A DNA stretch of 63,289 nucleotides, the filler included, from Saprolegnia diclina VS20 (taxonomy: Eukaryota), in the NCBI RefSeq assembly GCF_000281045.1. It is 5 parts of 3 records of this genome, joined end to end, with 100 filler letters (N's around TTAATTAATTAA, not from the genome) between each part and the next. Parts side by side here need not be neighbours in the genome. Positions count along the whole stretch, not along the records: positions 1 to 25,895 come from NW_008246115.1; 4 more parts are not named here. One strand, 5' to 3'. The translations under genes were made by a program, and so were the position numbers. The notes under the pieces are model-generated. The model was not told the DNA's origin and searched no databases. It was given only the letters and a program-made list of their open reading frames with translations. This document shows positions 12,952 through 25,344 of the stretch, piece after piece. Numbering within the stretch: position 1 is the stretch's first letter; every line of letters begins with the position of its first letter.

Positions 12952-13356
12952 ATGGCGACCCGCGGTGTGTGGCAACTGGAGAAGCTGACGATCCGCTACT
13001 GCCAGTACGGCGGCAGCAGCCGCTACGTGCGCGACCTCCTCAAGGACCAGCGCTTCTTGGCCTTCGTGGCCGAGAACCCGCAGGTGACCTTTGAGACGGA
13101 GCTCAAGGGCAACCGCCACCCCGTGCTCATTGGCGACTACATCACCAAGGAGCAGAAGGTCTGCGACGTCAAGAACCAGGAGATCCCGTTCGTGATGCAG
13201 ATGATCCAGCGCCTGCGCGACACGAGCGGCCGCAAGATGACCAAGGTCAACGCGCCCGTACTCTCGAAGCGCCCGACGATCCAGGGCATCTGGCAGCCCG
13301 ACACGGCCGAGCTCTTTGAGAAGACGACGTTCGAGATTGAGCACCGCTCGCAGTAA
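12952..13356 (+). CDS. MRPL43: Mitochondrial ribosomal protein mL43 (L51/S25/CI-B8 domain)
   Basis: GVWQLEKLTIRYCQYGGSSRYVR...FVAENPQV...RHPVLIGDY...RPTIQGIW. Confidence 0.88.
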   Translation: MATRGVWQLEKLTIRYCQYGGSSRYVRDLLKDQRFLAFVAENPQVTFETELKGNRHPVLIGDYITKEQKVCDVKNQEIPFVMQMIQRLRDTSGRKMTKVNAPVLSKRPTIQGIWQPDTAELFEKTTFEIEHRSQ

Positions 13357-13731
13357 TTACTAGTAGACACGACCCTTTGGATATAGTCGTCGCCTTGTAT
13401 TCCTGGTTTGGGTTGCTCTATCGTACGATGTTCCAGAGATACGCCAAGGCCATCGGCCGCGTCATGAGGCGGAGATGAATCGGCCATGCGGACTTGGGCG
13501 TGGTAGACACCGCCGTCTCAAAGGGAGGTATTCAAGCCGCATCGAGACTCTTGAGCTCGATCAACGGGTCTGCCTTTCTCGCGGTTTTGATTGCACAGGC
13601 GCAGGGACATAATCAAATAGTATATTATCCGAGGTGGCAGCAAAGGGGTCTTACAATCTGACGCGCGGTGACCGCGAGCCGCCTCAAAAGTGGCCGGGCC
13701 CCAAGAGACACGACAAACGGGCGTAAGCGGC

Positions 13732-14160
13732 TTAGAAACCGTGCAACTGGATTTGGCTCTCGAGGCAGATCTCCTGGTCCACAAGGAAGCTCTTGACGTT
13801 CGAGCGCTGGTCACCCGAGAGCTGGATGATTTCGCCGAGTTCTTCGTCCTTGACAATGGCACCGTTGCAGCTAAAGTTCTTCTTGAAGGCCTTCAAGATG
13901 CGCTTGATGTCCAAGTCGTCCGCCAAACCCTGCACCGTCGAGATACACTTGCGGCCGTTACGCTGCTGGACGCGGACGTGGACCTTGCCCGAGCCGACGC
14001 CGGAGCTGTCGGCAGCGTCTTCGAAGGCGTCTATACCAAGCCGCGTTAGCACCACGAAGGGGCCATGGCCGGCGCGAGGTGGTAGCGCATGCTGCTAGCA
14101 TGATCCTCGCGATGCCTGCATGCACGTACTGAAGTTGGAGAAGCTGGGGATCGTCGACAT
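13732..14160 (-). CDS. SUI1: Translation initiation factor eIF1/SUI1 (2 exons, intron 14031-14129)
   Basis: KVHVRVQQRNGRKCISTVQGL...KKNFSCNG...IIQLSGDQR...HGF; short first exon MSTIPSFSNF followed by a GTACGT...CTAAC...TAG intron. Confidence 0.95.
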
Positions 14161-14766
14161 GCTGGCGAGATGCGGGAGTGATTGGTTATGGACGACGAAA
14201 GCAGCAGCCGGCCACCGGATAATGCAGTAGTCGACCGGATACGATTGTCCGGTTTCAAATCCGGATGGCGGGAGTTCAAAAAGCGTACTTAATCGGGCAT
14301 TTTGAAGTGCTCACTAGACACACACCACTATGCGCGATTGGGCGGTCTGCAATGCAGTGATGAGGGAGCGATGGTCACCAAGGCTCTTCTGCGGAGCCTA
14401 GCCGACGCAACATCTGTGTGTACGTAGCAACCAATATCGCTTGTGCGTGAGTGATGGCTCAGCGGTGGTTCTTGTGGTCTGGGAGAGTGGTCGCAGGCGC
14501 GCTGCCAGAGCCGGATTTCAAAATGGTGTGCAGTGCGATGATGTATATTCTGGCTTGCAGCGTCAAGACTACATACACGTCCTTGAACCACTGCGTGATG
14601 TGGATACGTTCACGCCCCTTCCTATGGCAATAATGCGCAGTTCAGGGGCGTGTTTGCTACTAAATGGCGTGTTTTTATCCTACGGCGACCTGCGTGTTCG
14701 AAATTCGGCTAAGTCCGCTTTAGCCGCAAGCAGTTTTGTGCATTTGTGGAACGGGCCATCGTGGAA

Positions 14767-16483
14767 ATGGGTGAACCTGGGGATGCGCAGGGCTTGATGG
14801 TCTGGGAGAAGCGCAAGCGCGTGAAGCCGACAATCTTCCAGGTGGAAGACTATGAGCCGAAGAAGCGACAGGCAAAGCCGGCGTCGAAGAAGGCTGCTCC
14901 TTCCAAGGCCAAGGCGACGACCAAGTCGAAGAAGCAGGAGACAGCGTCGGACGATGCCGAGGTCAAGCCAGCCAAGAAGGCAAAGACCAGCGCCAAGAAG
15001 GAGCCAACGCTCAGCAAGGGTCTCGATATCGCCGAGTTCAAGAAGCTCCTGGGCAGCCCGTTCTATCTGGAAGACGGCGCCGAGTGGCATGGTACCGACA
15101 TCGACTTTGACGAGCTCGCAACGTTGCGATCGATGTGGCAGCTTCCGGCCGCGTGCCACATCCTCTGGCTTCTCCAGCGACCACTCAACCTGAAGATCTA
15201 CGGCACGCTGCGCGAGTACGAAGCGGCGCTCCTCAACCCCGAGACGAGCGTCGTGCTTGAAGAGGTCTTTACAAAGCTGCTNNNNNNNNNNNNNNNNNNN
15301 NNNNNNNNNNNNNNNNNNNNNNNNNNNNNNNNNNNNNNNNNNNNNNNNNNNNNNNNNNNNNNNNNNNNNNNNNNNNNNNNNNNNNNNNNNNNNNNNNNNN
15401 NNNNNNNNNNNNNNNNNNNNNNNNNNNNNNNNNNNNNNNNNNNNNNNNNNNNNNNNNNNNNNNNNNNNNNNNNNNNNNNNNNNNNNNNNNNNNNNNNNNN
15501 NNNNNNNNNNNNNNNNNNNNNNNNNNNNNNNNNNNNNNNNNNNNNNNNNNNNNNNNNNNNNNNNNNNNNNNNNNNNNNNNNNNNNNNNNNNNNNNNNNNN
15601 NNNNNNNNNNNNNNNNNNNNNNNNNNNNNNNNNNNNNNNNNNNNNNNNNNNNNNNNNNNNNNNNNNNNNNNNNNNNNNNNNNNNNNNNNNNNNNNNNNNN
15701 NNNNNNNNNNNNNNNNNNNNNNNNNNNNNNNNNNNNNNNNNNNNNNNNNNNCCCCCATGCAGTGAGTGCTTTCAACCTCACGAGCGCATTAGGGAGTACA
15801 TTCGCGAGATGGAGGACGACGATCTGCGTGTGCAGCCCATTGGCACGGACCGGACCGGGAACCGGTACTTTTACTATGCGCAGTTTTACCAAGAGCGCCG
15901 CGTGTACCGTCTCTCGGCCGACGCCGATGCGTCCTGGGAGCTCTGGGCCAAGGGATTGGACACTGTCACGGCGCTGCACGACGCCCTCTTGCTTGCCAAG
16001 AAGCGCGGGCGCCATGTCGCTGGCGAGACCGAGCTCCTCGACCATGTAGAAGCGATGCTCGAGATGATGCACAACGACGCCGCCGACATGAAGCGCGAAG
16101 AAGAGAAGGCGCTCAAGCGCGTACGCACTCATCTCTGCAATCTCGATACGGGTGCTATGGAGAATGATGGCGACTAGGCGATTCTCGAAGCAATGCCCCG
16201 CAAGCGCTCGGCGCGAATCCAAGTGCTCACGATGGAGAAGTTTGAAGAAGAGCAGCAAGAGCGCGACACCCGCCTGGCGCAAGAAGCCGCCGAGGAAGGT
16301 ACGCAACCCATCCGAGTTCTTAGTTTTAAACGGAAGCTAGAGCGCCGACGGCAAAAGGAAGATGCTGCTGCCGCCAAGGAGAAGGAGCGCAAGCGTCTCT
16401 TAGCGGAGCAAGACCAGCGCCAGGCGATGAATACGGACCGACTAACGCGGCGCCAGAAGAAGCTCGCCGAAGAAAAGGCGTAG
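14767..16483 (+). CDS. DDT/WHIM-domain chromatin-remodelling subunit (CECR2/RSF1-like), interrupted by an assembly gap
   Basis: LRSMWQLPAACHILWLL...EYEAALL (DDT-like), LRVQPIGTDRTGNRYFYY (WHIM2/WSD), PRKRSARI, Lys-rich N-terminus, coiled-coil tail; gap 15283-15751. Confidence 0.78.
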
Positions 16484-17712
16484 CCACTGGCAATCAAGTG
16501 CTGATTGAGTCATCTCTCTATCGTCTCGTTTGTCCAACGGCGACCTTCGTCCATGGCGAATGGGCCCGACGCTTGTAACGTGTCGCTCGACCCCACGACG
16601 CCACCTGTGACTCACACTACAAATCGCAGCTTCGGCACGCTACATACCGCTTCAGTGTTCAGATGGAGGAGGAGGCTTCATGGGCGCCGATACCAAAAGC
16701 ATCGTCAGCCACGCTTGTTACCGGTTCTGTGTGTGCCCACGCACCGCTGTGAGAGGATGCACCCGTAGTATCGTTCGCACCCAGCCACGTTTCTGTGATT
16801 GCGTGTTCTTGACAGCAACACTGACGGCGGCAGTTCCTGAAGTATCTTGCAGCCCTGGCTCACTACTGCCCGAAAGGGCGTGAAGCCCTTACACCCTAGT
16901 CTATTATACGAAACCGTGAGGTGCTTGGCTCCAGAGCCAACGCGTATATGCGGGAATTGCCAATGGTGTTTGTGTTGCTTGATGGAGTGGGGGCGACCGT
17001 GCGTGGACTCGTCGCGTCTATGGCATTGGCTTGTGAGGGCGTATTTTTGAGCTCAAGTCACCGTCAGTTGATGTAAACAGGCGCTTCGTGGCCACCGCGC
17101 TCGGCTACTCCTCCCGATAACAACGGACGCGAGGAGGCTCTGCGCTACAAAGGCGTTTGAACATAGTCGTGCTCCTCAAGTACATTGTACTTGTGTGAGA
17201 AAACCCTTCCATCACCCGCGTGTCTATATGTGATCGTCGGCTCGCGTCGGCAAAGGGCCAAGGGCATGTTCGATATTATTTTATAGAAGCTATCGTTGCA
17301 GCGGCAATGTGCCAGGTCTTCATGAATGGCTGGGCGGCCCCAGGTGTTAACATCCGGTGCAACCAGCCGCTGTCATTCGCTAAATCAAGTACCTTTTGAA
17401 AGAGTATCTTGTTTATGCGGCGACGTTCGCCAATCAGAATCTGTCTTTTCGTTGCCGTGCGTCGATTTATGGCAATTCATAGCAGCGTCGCACGCGGGCA
17501 GTGGGTTTTATCACACAAACGTGTGGCTGGGATCTTGTCTCTGGCACAGACCAAACGCGAATTCAAAAAGTTGCTCACGCTTCCTAGCTTTTTTAAACCG
17601 TCCGCCAGGGACACGCACCCTCGACCTCAACGTCGCGATCCCTCTTCATTTGTGAACTTCTCTCGCAACCAACTCACCCCACCACCCCACCCCACCCCAC
17701 CCCACCACCAAT

Positions 17713-18015
17713 ATGCCCAAGTCGCAAGCGAGCCCCCGTGATTCGATGACGGCCGTCCGCAAGTACCATGCCTTTGTGATTGCGCGGCTTTTGAACGACA
17801 GCGCATCCAAGCACCGCGTGCCTCACACGACGATTGCCAACAAGCTCGCCAAGGTCGCGCTCAAGATGGAATATCGCATCTTCAAGCTCACGCGCGGCCG
17901 CCTCTTGGACGAAAATGCCATCAAGCTCTACTTGACGCACTTGACGCAGCAGGCGCACCGTCGCCACCGCCGCCAGCTGCAGTCCGAAAAGACCGAAATG
18001 ATCAAGGTCGCGTAG
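17713..18015 (+). CDS. Stand-alone KIX-like three-helix micro-protein (100 aa)
   Basis: Clean ORF with strong GC3 bias; KLAKVALKMEYRIF recalls the KIX helix-2 pattern (LxxxAxxxExxxF); Inr-like TCATTT at 17646. Confidence 0.55.
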   Translation: MPKSQASPRDSMTAVRKYHAFVIARLLNDSASKHRVPHTTIANKLAKVALKMEYRIFKLTRGRLLDENAIKLYLTHLTQQAHRRHRRQLQSEKTEMIKVA

Positions 18016-18501
18016 ATCCGAGCGCAGGATCGGCGTCTCTATTTATTGACTTCGTAAATTTGAAATTGAAATAATAATAAAAAATCCCACGACGCCTCTT
18101 CGTCGATACTGCTTGGAACGAGGTCCGATGCCTCGCATTTCGATTGATGCGCTGCTCTTCGTCGAGAGATGGACACTTGCTGACGGACCGAGGGACGGCT
18201 CGACGGGAGCGTCCCTTTTATGTGTCGTAGTCGCCGCCACTTGAAGCGTTTTTCAGCGCATCTTTGACGACCACATGGTGTCGCTGACTCGATCATCTTT
18301 CGCACGCTAGACCATGTGGGCGTTATATTCGATGACGATCTTGCTCGGAAAACGACGAGGGTATCGAGGGACCTGCAATCGATTCACGACCTCCAGGACT
18401 CGTACACCAGCTCGTATGACGCTCACGCTTGTTCTTTCTGCTAGTTTGTAGATTAGGCAAGAGACAGGCAGAGACAAAAGACAAGGTACCGTACTCGGAC
18501 A

Positions 18502-19460
18502 TCACAGCGTCGACTTGCTCTTGAGCACAATGGCGTAAAATGTAATGTAGCTCATCTCATCGACGCGGCGGGCGCCCCATTCGAAGCGCGGCACTAGTCG
18601 CTTGAGGATCGTCTTGGCCGTGCGCTGAAATCCGTGCTTGAACACCACTGCGCGCGCTTCTGGCGTCATGGACGCGACGCTGGATTCGTGCGGATGCCCT
18701 GCTGCCAAGACTACCGTTTCAATCACCTTGCGGGCTTTCGAAAGCTTGCTCCGGTCGCTTGGTTTCGTCAAGTCGAACGAGCGCAGTTTCCGCAAGGGGC
18801 CGATGCCACTCGTCAAGATCCCTTGATACCACATGCACCAAAGCTGATGCACCGTGCATGCTGGCAGGACAAACTTTTCTGGCACCGGGTGGGGTCGCCC
18901 GCCCCACGAAAACGTCGGTACTGGTGGCTCTGACGTGGCGAGATCGGGATCGGAGTTACTCTCAGCAGCAATCGTGAGAAGGCAGCGCGCCGTCATGTGG
19001 TCGCGCAAGTCCGCGGTCGCTTGGGCTGATGGCTGCGCACAGCACGAGGACCCTAATTGCAGTCACTACTCGTCGTATCGCTCCCGTGGCATATTTCTAC
19101 CTTGCTCTGGCACAGCCTCCTGCGTGGCTGTGCTGCCTGGTTGGCCGGTGCGAGGAGCATAGTTTTTGGTAAACGCTAAGCATGTTGCTTGCCTTCTCGA
19201 TGGATTCGGTATGGGTGTAGTACCTTTAAGCGCGGCGCAAAGGTCTGGCGGTATCTCGACCTTGGCTTCCTTGTGAAGGTTGATGAGAGCGCTCGACGCG
19301 TTGCCGACGTGTGACGCCGATGTTGGCTGACGGGGCTCGAGCGGTGTCCCGCGCTTGTCGCACTTGATGGACATGAACCATAGATAGCTTGTGGCGACGC
19401 ATGCCGGCAAGACGACGTTGTCGTTTTGCACGAGCGCAGCATGACGCTCTTGAAGCCATG
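18502..19460 (-). mobile_element. Internally deleted Crypton (CryptonS-like tyrosine-recombinase transposon) remnant
   Basis: N-part SASHVGNASSALINLHKEAKVEIPPDLCAALK/AFTKNY...GRNMPRERYDE resembles the core-binding region of Crypton recombinases; C-part TFSWGGRPHPVPEKFVLPACTVHQLWCMWYQG...GIGPLRKL resembles the W/G-rich (GCR1_C-like) C-terminal domain; catalytic domain absent; stop codons between the parts. Confidence 0.55.
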
Positions 19461-21230
19461 CTAAGAGGCGCTTGTTCAGGGCATTGTAGCGCTTGATCGT
19501 CGTCGCCTCGCGACCATCAGCGTCCGTTTTGGCTGTTGACGCCGGGCTCGAAGCATTCTCCTAATAGCGAGAGAGATGCGTGGGCGAAAAGCAGAGTGAT
19601 CACCGGACTGATCGCCGGATACCTGGATGGCAAGGGGTGATGCCGTCGAGGCGGTCGAGCACGGTGCAGAGGGCACTAATACTGCGGGACCCGCAGTATC
19701 TTGCATTGCGCAGCGCTTGCCGCGTACTTGGTGCGTTAGCCCGCGTGTGTTCGGCGCCGCCTCTCGCCGCTTCTTCGCCGGGCCACCACTCTCGGCCCGT
19801 TCTGTCGTCTCGTCAGAGAGCGTGGCTGACGTTCCCGCGTCAGTAGCACCGACTGCCGCTGCGCTCGCTTGTCGTTTCGCTGTTGCTTTGCTTTCGCGCG
19901 CGACCATGCTGCGTCGTCCGGATTTGTCCTGCCGTAATGAGACGTCGACCATACATTTGTCAAGTCACTTTGCGCGTTGCATGTGCACGAGGTATTATGA
20001 GACATGCATCGAATACGAAAATCAAGTCGAATCGCCGAGCCTATGCCTCCTTGCAGCAATTCTCGCGAGGGCTTGCCAGTGTACAAGTCGTCTTTAGCCT
20101 TGGCGAACATTAAAACGACGTATGCACACATCGTCATCTCTCAGGCTCTGACGCTGCCGGCGTCGATGCGAAGGACACTGAATGGTTGACGTACCGTAGG
20201 CAGTGGCGCAAGCTTTCGAAGCAGCGGCGTAACGTCGTCGTTCGATCACTTTTGTGTGGCAAGGCTGGCAAGCACGCACCTCTTTTCCCGTGCAAAGATC
20301 GGTCGCGCACGCCTCTCAACGCCAAAGTGGCAGCGATGCATCCCTCGCTTCCGAGACCCAGCTCGCCTTCATCCGAGGCTCCCCACGATCCACGATCATG
20401 ATCATGGTCCTGAGCCAGTGTCGCCACCCGACACAGCTGTTGGCAACAGCATCGGGTCCCACGTCGCGGCATATCGCAGCATTCGAAGGTTCCTCAACTC
20501 CAACGAAGCTACGCCCCACTGGCCCTAAACCTCGTAGACTTGCGCTCCTCGTCGTGGACGCTGGCCGAGCACTCGGACGCTACATAAATAGCTTCAGAGT
20601 AATTAGTCGCTCGCTCGTACTCGTATCGTCGATGGCGCCTGCGACACCCATACCGCGCGTCTAGAAATTTTCTCGGCAGATGGAGGATGTTGCCGGAGCA
20701 ATCGGTATATCCGGCTCTGGCGCTTGTGGAGTGTGAGTTCAGTCTTCGATTCATCTGCTTCGAGTCATGGTCCTTTGCCCGTCGACGCTTCTGGCGATGC
20801 TGCTGCCNNNNNNNNNNNNNNNNNNNNNNNNNNNNNNNNNNNNNNNNNNNNNNNNNNNNNNNNNNNNNNNNNNNNNNNNNNNNNNNNNNNNNNNNNNNNN
20901 NNNNNNNNNNNNNNNNNNNNNNNNNNNNNNNNNNNNNNNNNNNNNNNNNNNNNNNNNNNNNNNNNNNNNNNNNNNNNNNNNNNNNNNNNNNNNNNNNNNN
21001 NNNNNNNNNNNNNNNNNNNNNNNNNNNNNNNNNNNNNNNNNNNNNNNNNNNNNNNNNNNNNNNNNNNNNNNNNNNNNNNNNNNNNNNNNNNNNNNNNNNN
21101 NNNNNNNNNNNNNNNNNNNNNNNNNNNNNNNNNNNNNNNNNNNNNNNNNNNNNNNNNNNNNNNNNNNNNNNNNNNNNNNNNNNNNNNNNNNNNNNNNNNN
21201 NNNNNNNNNNNNNNNNNNNNNNNNNNNNNN

Positions 21231-23342
21231 GACGTGCCGTCGTGGACGTCCAAGAAGATGGTACGAGGTCATCACTGTAGCGATGGAGCTCATGTGCGAT
21301 GGGTAGTGGTATGCAGCGGCGATGACGCAGACATGGAACAAGTTTTGCATCCAAGGCGGGTTCGTCGAGATCTCGGCGCGCATGCCTGGCCCGACTAACA
21401 AGGAGTCGATGAACCCGCACGTGACTGGGAAGCGCTGGGACCACCAGCTGCAGAAGGATGTGCCCGTCAAGTACCTCGACCGCATTCCCGACATCAAGTT
21501 TTACCCGACGTGGCCGGGTCTCTGGATGATGGGCAACCTCGGTCGCGCGCTCTTTGCGGCGTCGACCAACCGCGTTTGGCCGTGGACGTACAACGAGTGC
21601 GACGAGCGGTACAAGTCGTCGCAGCGAATCTCGGCGTGTGACCCGAACCCTGGCTACGGCATGAACCCGTACCAAGGTCGCGGCTCGCCCGAAATTGATA
21701 TTCTTGAAGGCGGCGGCAGTGACATCTCGTCGTCGATCCAGATTGCGCCGGGCATGCCGGACGAGTACCGCCTCTTCCCGGCGCAGCTCAAGTACGAAGC
21801 GACCAACAACACGGACCCCCAAGGTATTGTGCGATACAATATGTCTTGTCTGCAGCTCAGTGGCGTACGTCTTAGGTCGGAAGGGCCAGGGGCACGTATT
21901 TTGCTACTATGAAAAGACGTGCTTGACGCCCGGGGCCAACATGGCGGACGTTCCGACGTCGGCATTCGCAGCTCGTGGCCACAAGTCGTGGTACCAAGGC
22001 CTCAAGTACGCGGCCAACCACCGCTGCACGCCAGTCGATACGATGAAGCAGCAGTATGACTCGGTCGCCAAGGCGCAAAACGGCCCGATCGTCGACAACC
22101 AGTTTGATATCAAGGCCATTAGCTCGGGCCGTGACCTTCACGCGGACCTGAGCTTGATTGACGGCAAGGGCCCTGCACATTGGGGCATCAACTACAACGG
22201 AACGTGCTTCCCGATCGCCAACGGCTACAAGGGCGGGTTTCTTTGCGACCGCGATAGCCAAAACCCCAAGTGCGACGAGCCGCGGAAGGACTGGCAGCTA
22301 CCGACCAAGATGATGGAGCCGTTCGAGTACCAAATGGACGCGATCTCGTCCAACTGGCAGATCAGCTACGAAGCGTACACGACGTTCTACAAGTACCAGC
22401 TCGAATGGTATTTACGAGCATCTCGCAAGCCACCAGAGTGCTAAATCGGTCTGTAGGGTCATTGGCGATGAAGGCTACGTGCGCTGGAACCTCGCCGGGG
22501 CGCCGATCTTTGAGATCCCGGCCGCGTCGTTGACCAACCCGCCGCAGGGCCCGGCTGGCAGCGCGCGCAACCCGAAGAAGATCATGGTCGAAGAGCCGAG
22601 CTACTTTATCTTCAACGTGGCCATGTCGTCTGCGTGGGGTACGCGGCATGCAGACGTTTCTTGGTTATACTGACTACATCATCGACTAGGTGCTATGCCC
22701 CCTAACGTCAAGATCGGCGGTTGCCGCGGCAACGCGACGCACCCTGAGCCGGGTACCTACGAGCACAAGGCGACCAACAACATTTGCGACTCGTTCCCGA
22801 TGTACATGGCGGTCGACTACATCCGCGTCTGGTGCGTTGATCCAGTATTCCATTCTGTATCTTACAGCCTATATTTCTGTAGGCAAGACACCAAGACGAT
22901 GAGCGTCGGTTGCGACCCGGCCTCGCATCCGACCAAGGAGTTTATCAAGGCGCACATCTCCAACTACACCGACCCGAAGAACCCAGACATCATTGTGGCC
23001 GGCGGCGCGACCTGCAACGTCGATGACGACTGTACGACAGCCGCCAGTATCACGGGCTCGTGTGTCAACCGCCGCTGCAAGTGCGTCGGCGTCTGGACGG
23101 GCCCCCGCTGCACCAAGTACGACCTCGAGACCGTCACGTACGGTCCGCCGTTGTACGCGATGGCGGGTTTTTGCGGCTTTGCGATCGTCGGGTCGGCACT
23201 TGGCCTTGCGCTCCGCCGGCGCCGCAACAAGGGTGTCATTATGCGCCAGCAGGAAGAGATGCGCCGGGAGAAGCACAGCGAAGGTAGCTCCAACGTCTTT
23301 ATCGTGGATGCTGCGCATAGCGACGTTCAGATTACGCGGTAA
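21231..23342 (+). CDS. KRE6/SKN1-type beta-glucan synthesis-associated GH16 protein (5' part in gap, multi-exon)
   Basis: QTWNKFCIQGG, WPGLWMMGNLGRA, WPWTYNEC, QRISAC, GRGSPEIDILEG (ExDxxE), YQMDAISSN, EEPSYFIFNVAMSSAW, VDYIRVW, EGF-like CKCVGVWTGPRC and a C-terminal TM; possible ATG at 20797 before the gap. Confidence 0.92.
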
Positions 23343-25222
23343 CGCTAACCGATAATGCATGAAATTCCGATGTTTTGCATCTCTGACTACGCCCGCAGTG
23401 CTGTTCCCTTTTTGTTGTTGAACCTTCGCACATCGCTAAGCTCAAAAACGTCCTACACTAGCATTGTGTCGTAATCACTGGCGTCGTCAGCAATTTTACA
23501 TACAATTGTACAATAATATGGAATCGGCCATATTAGCCTGACTAGACTGCATCCCGTCCGCTCTGCAATAATATGACTGTGGCGCCCCGGGTGCTGTGGA
23601 AATAGTTACCTCTATAATTACATAATATTCGGAGGACATTTTTCAAGAACCTGTGAAATTCAATTATTCGTCGTGTCGGGAGCCCGAGAAAAAGCCTGAT
23701 CGGGCAACTAATTCATTGCTCAATTTCATTCATAGTCGTTGCGAGTCGTTGTGACGATTGCAATTCCACTCTAGTTGAAATGACCACTAATCTAAAGCCA
23801 GCGAAAGCTTGCGTGAGAAATGGGAGTGGACTGACTTGGAGATGCCCGCCATGTCACCATGGAGCACTCAGAAGGCGAGAATGCGGGGATCTCATCTATG
23901 ACGTTTGTAACGATCTCGTATACACCCCAGCAGGTAGCCTTCGACAGAACGCTGCCGGCGAGATAGTACAACTGACGTGACTGCCAAGCAAACGCAGACG
24001 TCAGAAAAGCCAAATCTTTTGAATTCTGACGTCTTCAGATTCAAACCGTGCGACGTGGAAGCACGTTCCAATTGCAGCTCGACTTGGGACGCCCCATTGC
24101 GGCGGTCGAGTTTGTTGCGCTTGTTACCTCCATCAACCACTCAGTGGCCATTCGAGGTACCCAAGCATGTAGCCTCGGGCTCTATTGCTCAGTCGACAGT
24201 AGTGTCTACTACGTTTGCTCCACAAGCTCAAGCGTGATCGAAAATATTCTAAATGACGGAGTGATCACGACAGGTTTGGGTGCGCAACACTGATCTCGGT
24301 CGAAGTCGCCTATGGATGCCAGTACGCAAACGACTTCTTTTTGATGAAGACGTCTAGTCCGTGGGTTCTGGTCATTTGGGTTCTGGCGCGGCTTCTGGTG
24401 GCACACAATCCCAGGCCACACGCAGTTCTTGTGACTCTGCCAGTTACACAATTCATGGTGCTTCGAACTTCGATTCCGGATAACATGAAGAAAGCTCGCA
24501 CTATGAGCGCCGCCGCGTTTTACTGATGGCATACCCACACACATACCGTGGTTCGATGCAACATGTACCCATCTCTCGATACTACACCAATATTGCCCAC
24601 TCTGACGCAAAATGAGAAAGAAAATCGCTGGCCTTGCGGGCTCGACCTTCAGTGTCGTGGCAATGCCGTGGTATCCGGCGTAGTGCTTCGATTCGAATTT
24701 ATTGTCGGGCCTTTTGTCTGGACAGTCCTGCGATGAATGTATAATGAATGGCACATCCAGCGTCTTGGCTATTGCTTGCCACCGTGCGTCCAGCCTACAA
24801 ATCTGCTCGAGGGCGGGCGATCGAGCGCGGCATGGAGAGCTGATATTTGCTGCATTTGCGACATATTTGCGTCGATCTTGTCCGTTGAAAAGTGTCGGTT
24901 TCGGATACAAGTGCAAACGCGCGCATTTTATGTGTAGAGCTTCTACCAAAAAAAGCACTACTGAATGAAGAAGATATCGACAGGCTGCATATTGCATGTT
25001 GTACCGCAAGCCGCTCGTGCGTTTCTGCTTCAGAGATGCTCCTTGGTGCTTGGGATTTTTCTTTCAAAAGATTCGCACTCCAATTGGACCCATGGTGGAG
25101 CGATATGAAACAGATGGAGCATCCCACTTTTGCATTGGTCCCTGCCGTGTATCGATATCCATCATTTGTGCTGCTGGATCTGGCACGATCGACTAAGATC
25201 TGAGCTCAGTACGCAATTTACC

Positions 25223-25344
25223 ATGCCCCCACGCGCACTGTCGCTCCTGGCAGCCCTTCCAGCATTCGTCCTCGGCGTCGACCAGAACGACCCGACGCTG
25301 CCAACCAAGTCGGGCGTCGGGATCTGGATCGACGTCGACACGCC
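25223..25344 (+). CDS. N-terminus of a second KRE6/SKN1-type protein (partial, rest in gap)
   Basis: Signal peptide MPPRALSLLAALPAFVLG then PTKSGVGIWIDVDTP, matching the xIDxDTP start of SKN1/KRE6 domains. Confidence 0.65.

Noticed and set aside
24209..25009. 266 aa minus-strand ORF in a lower-GC region
   Set aside because: No recognisable motif and lacks the host codon bias; possibly decayed repeat but unsupported.
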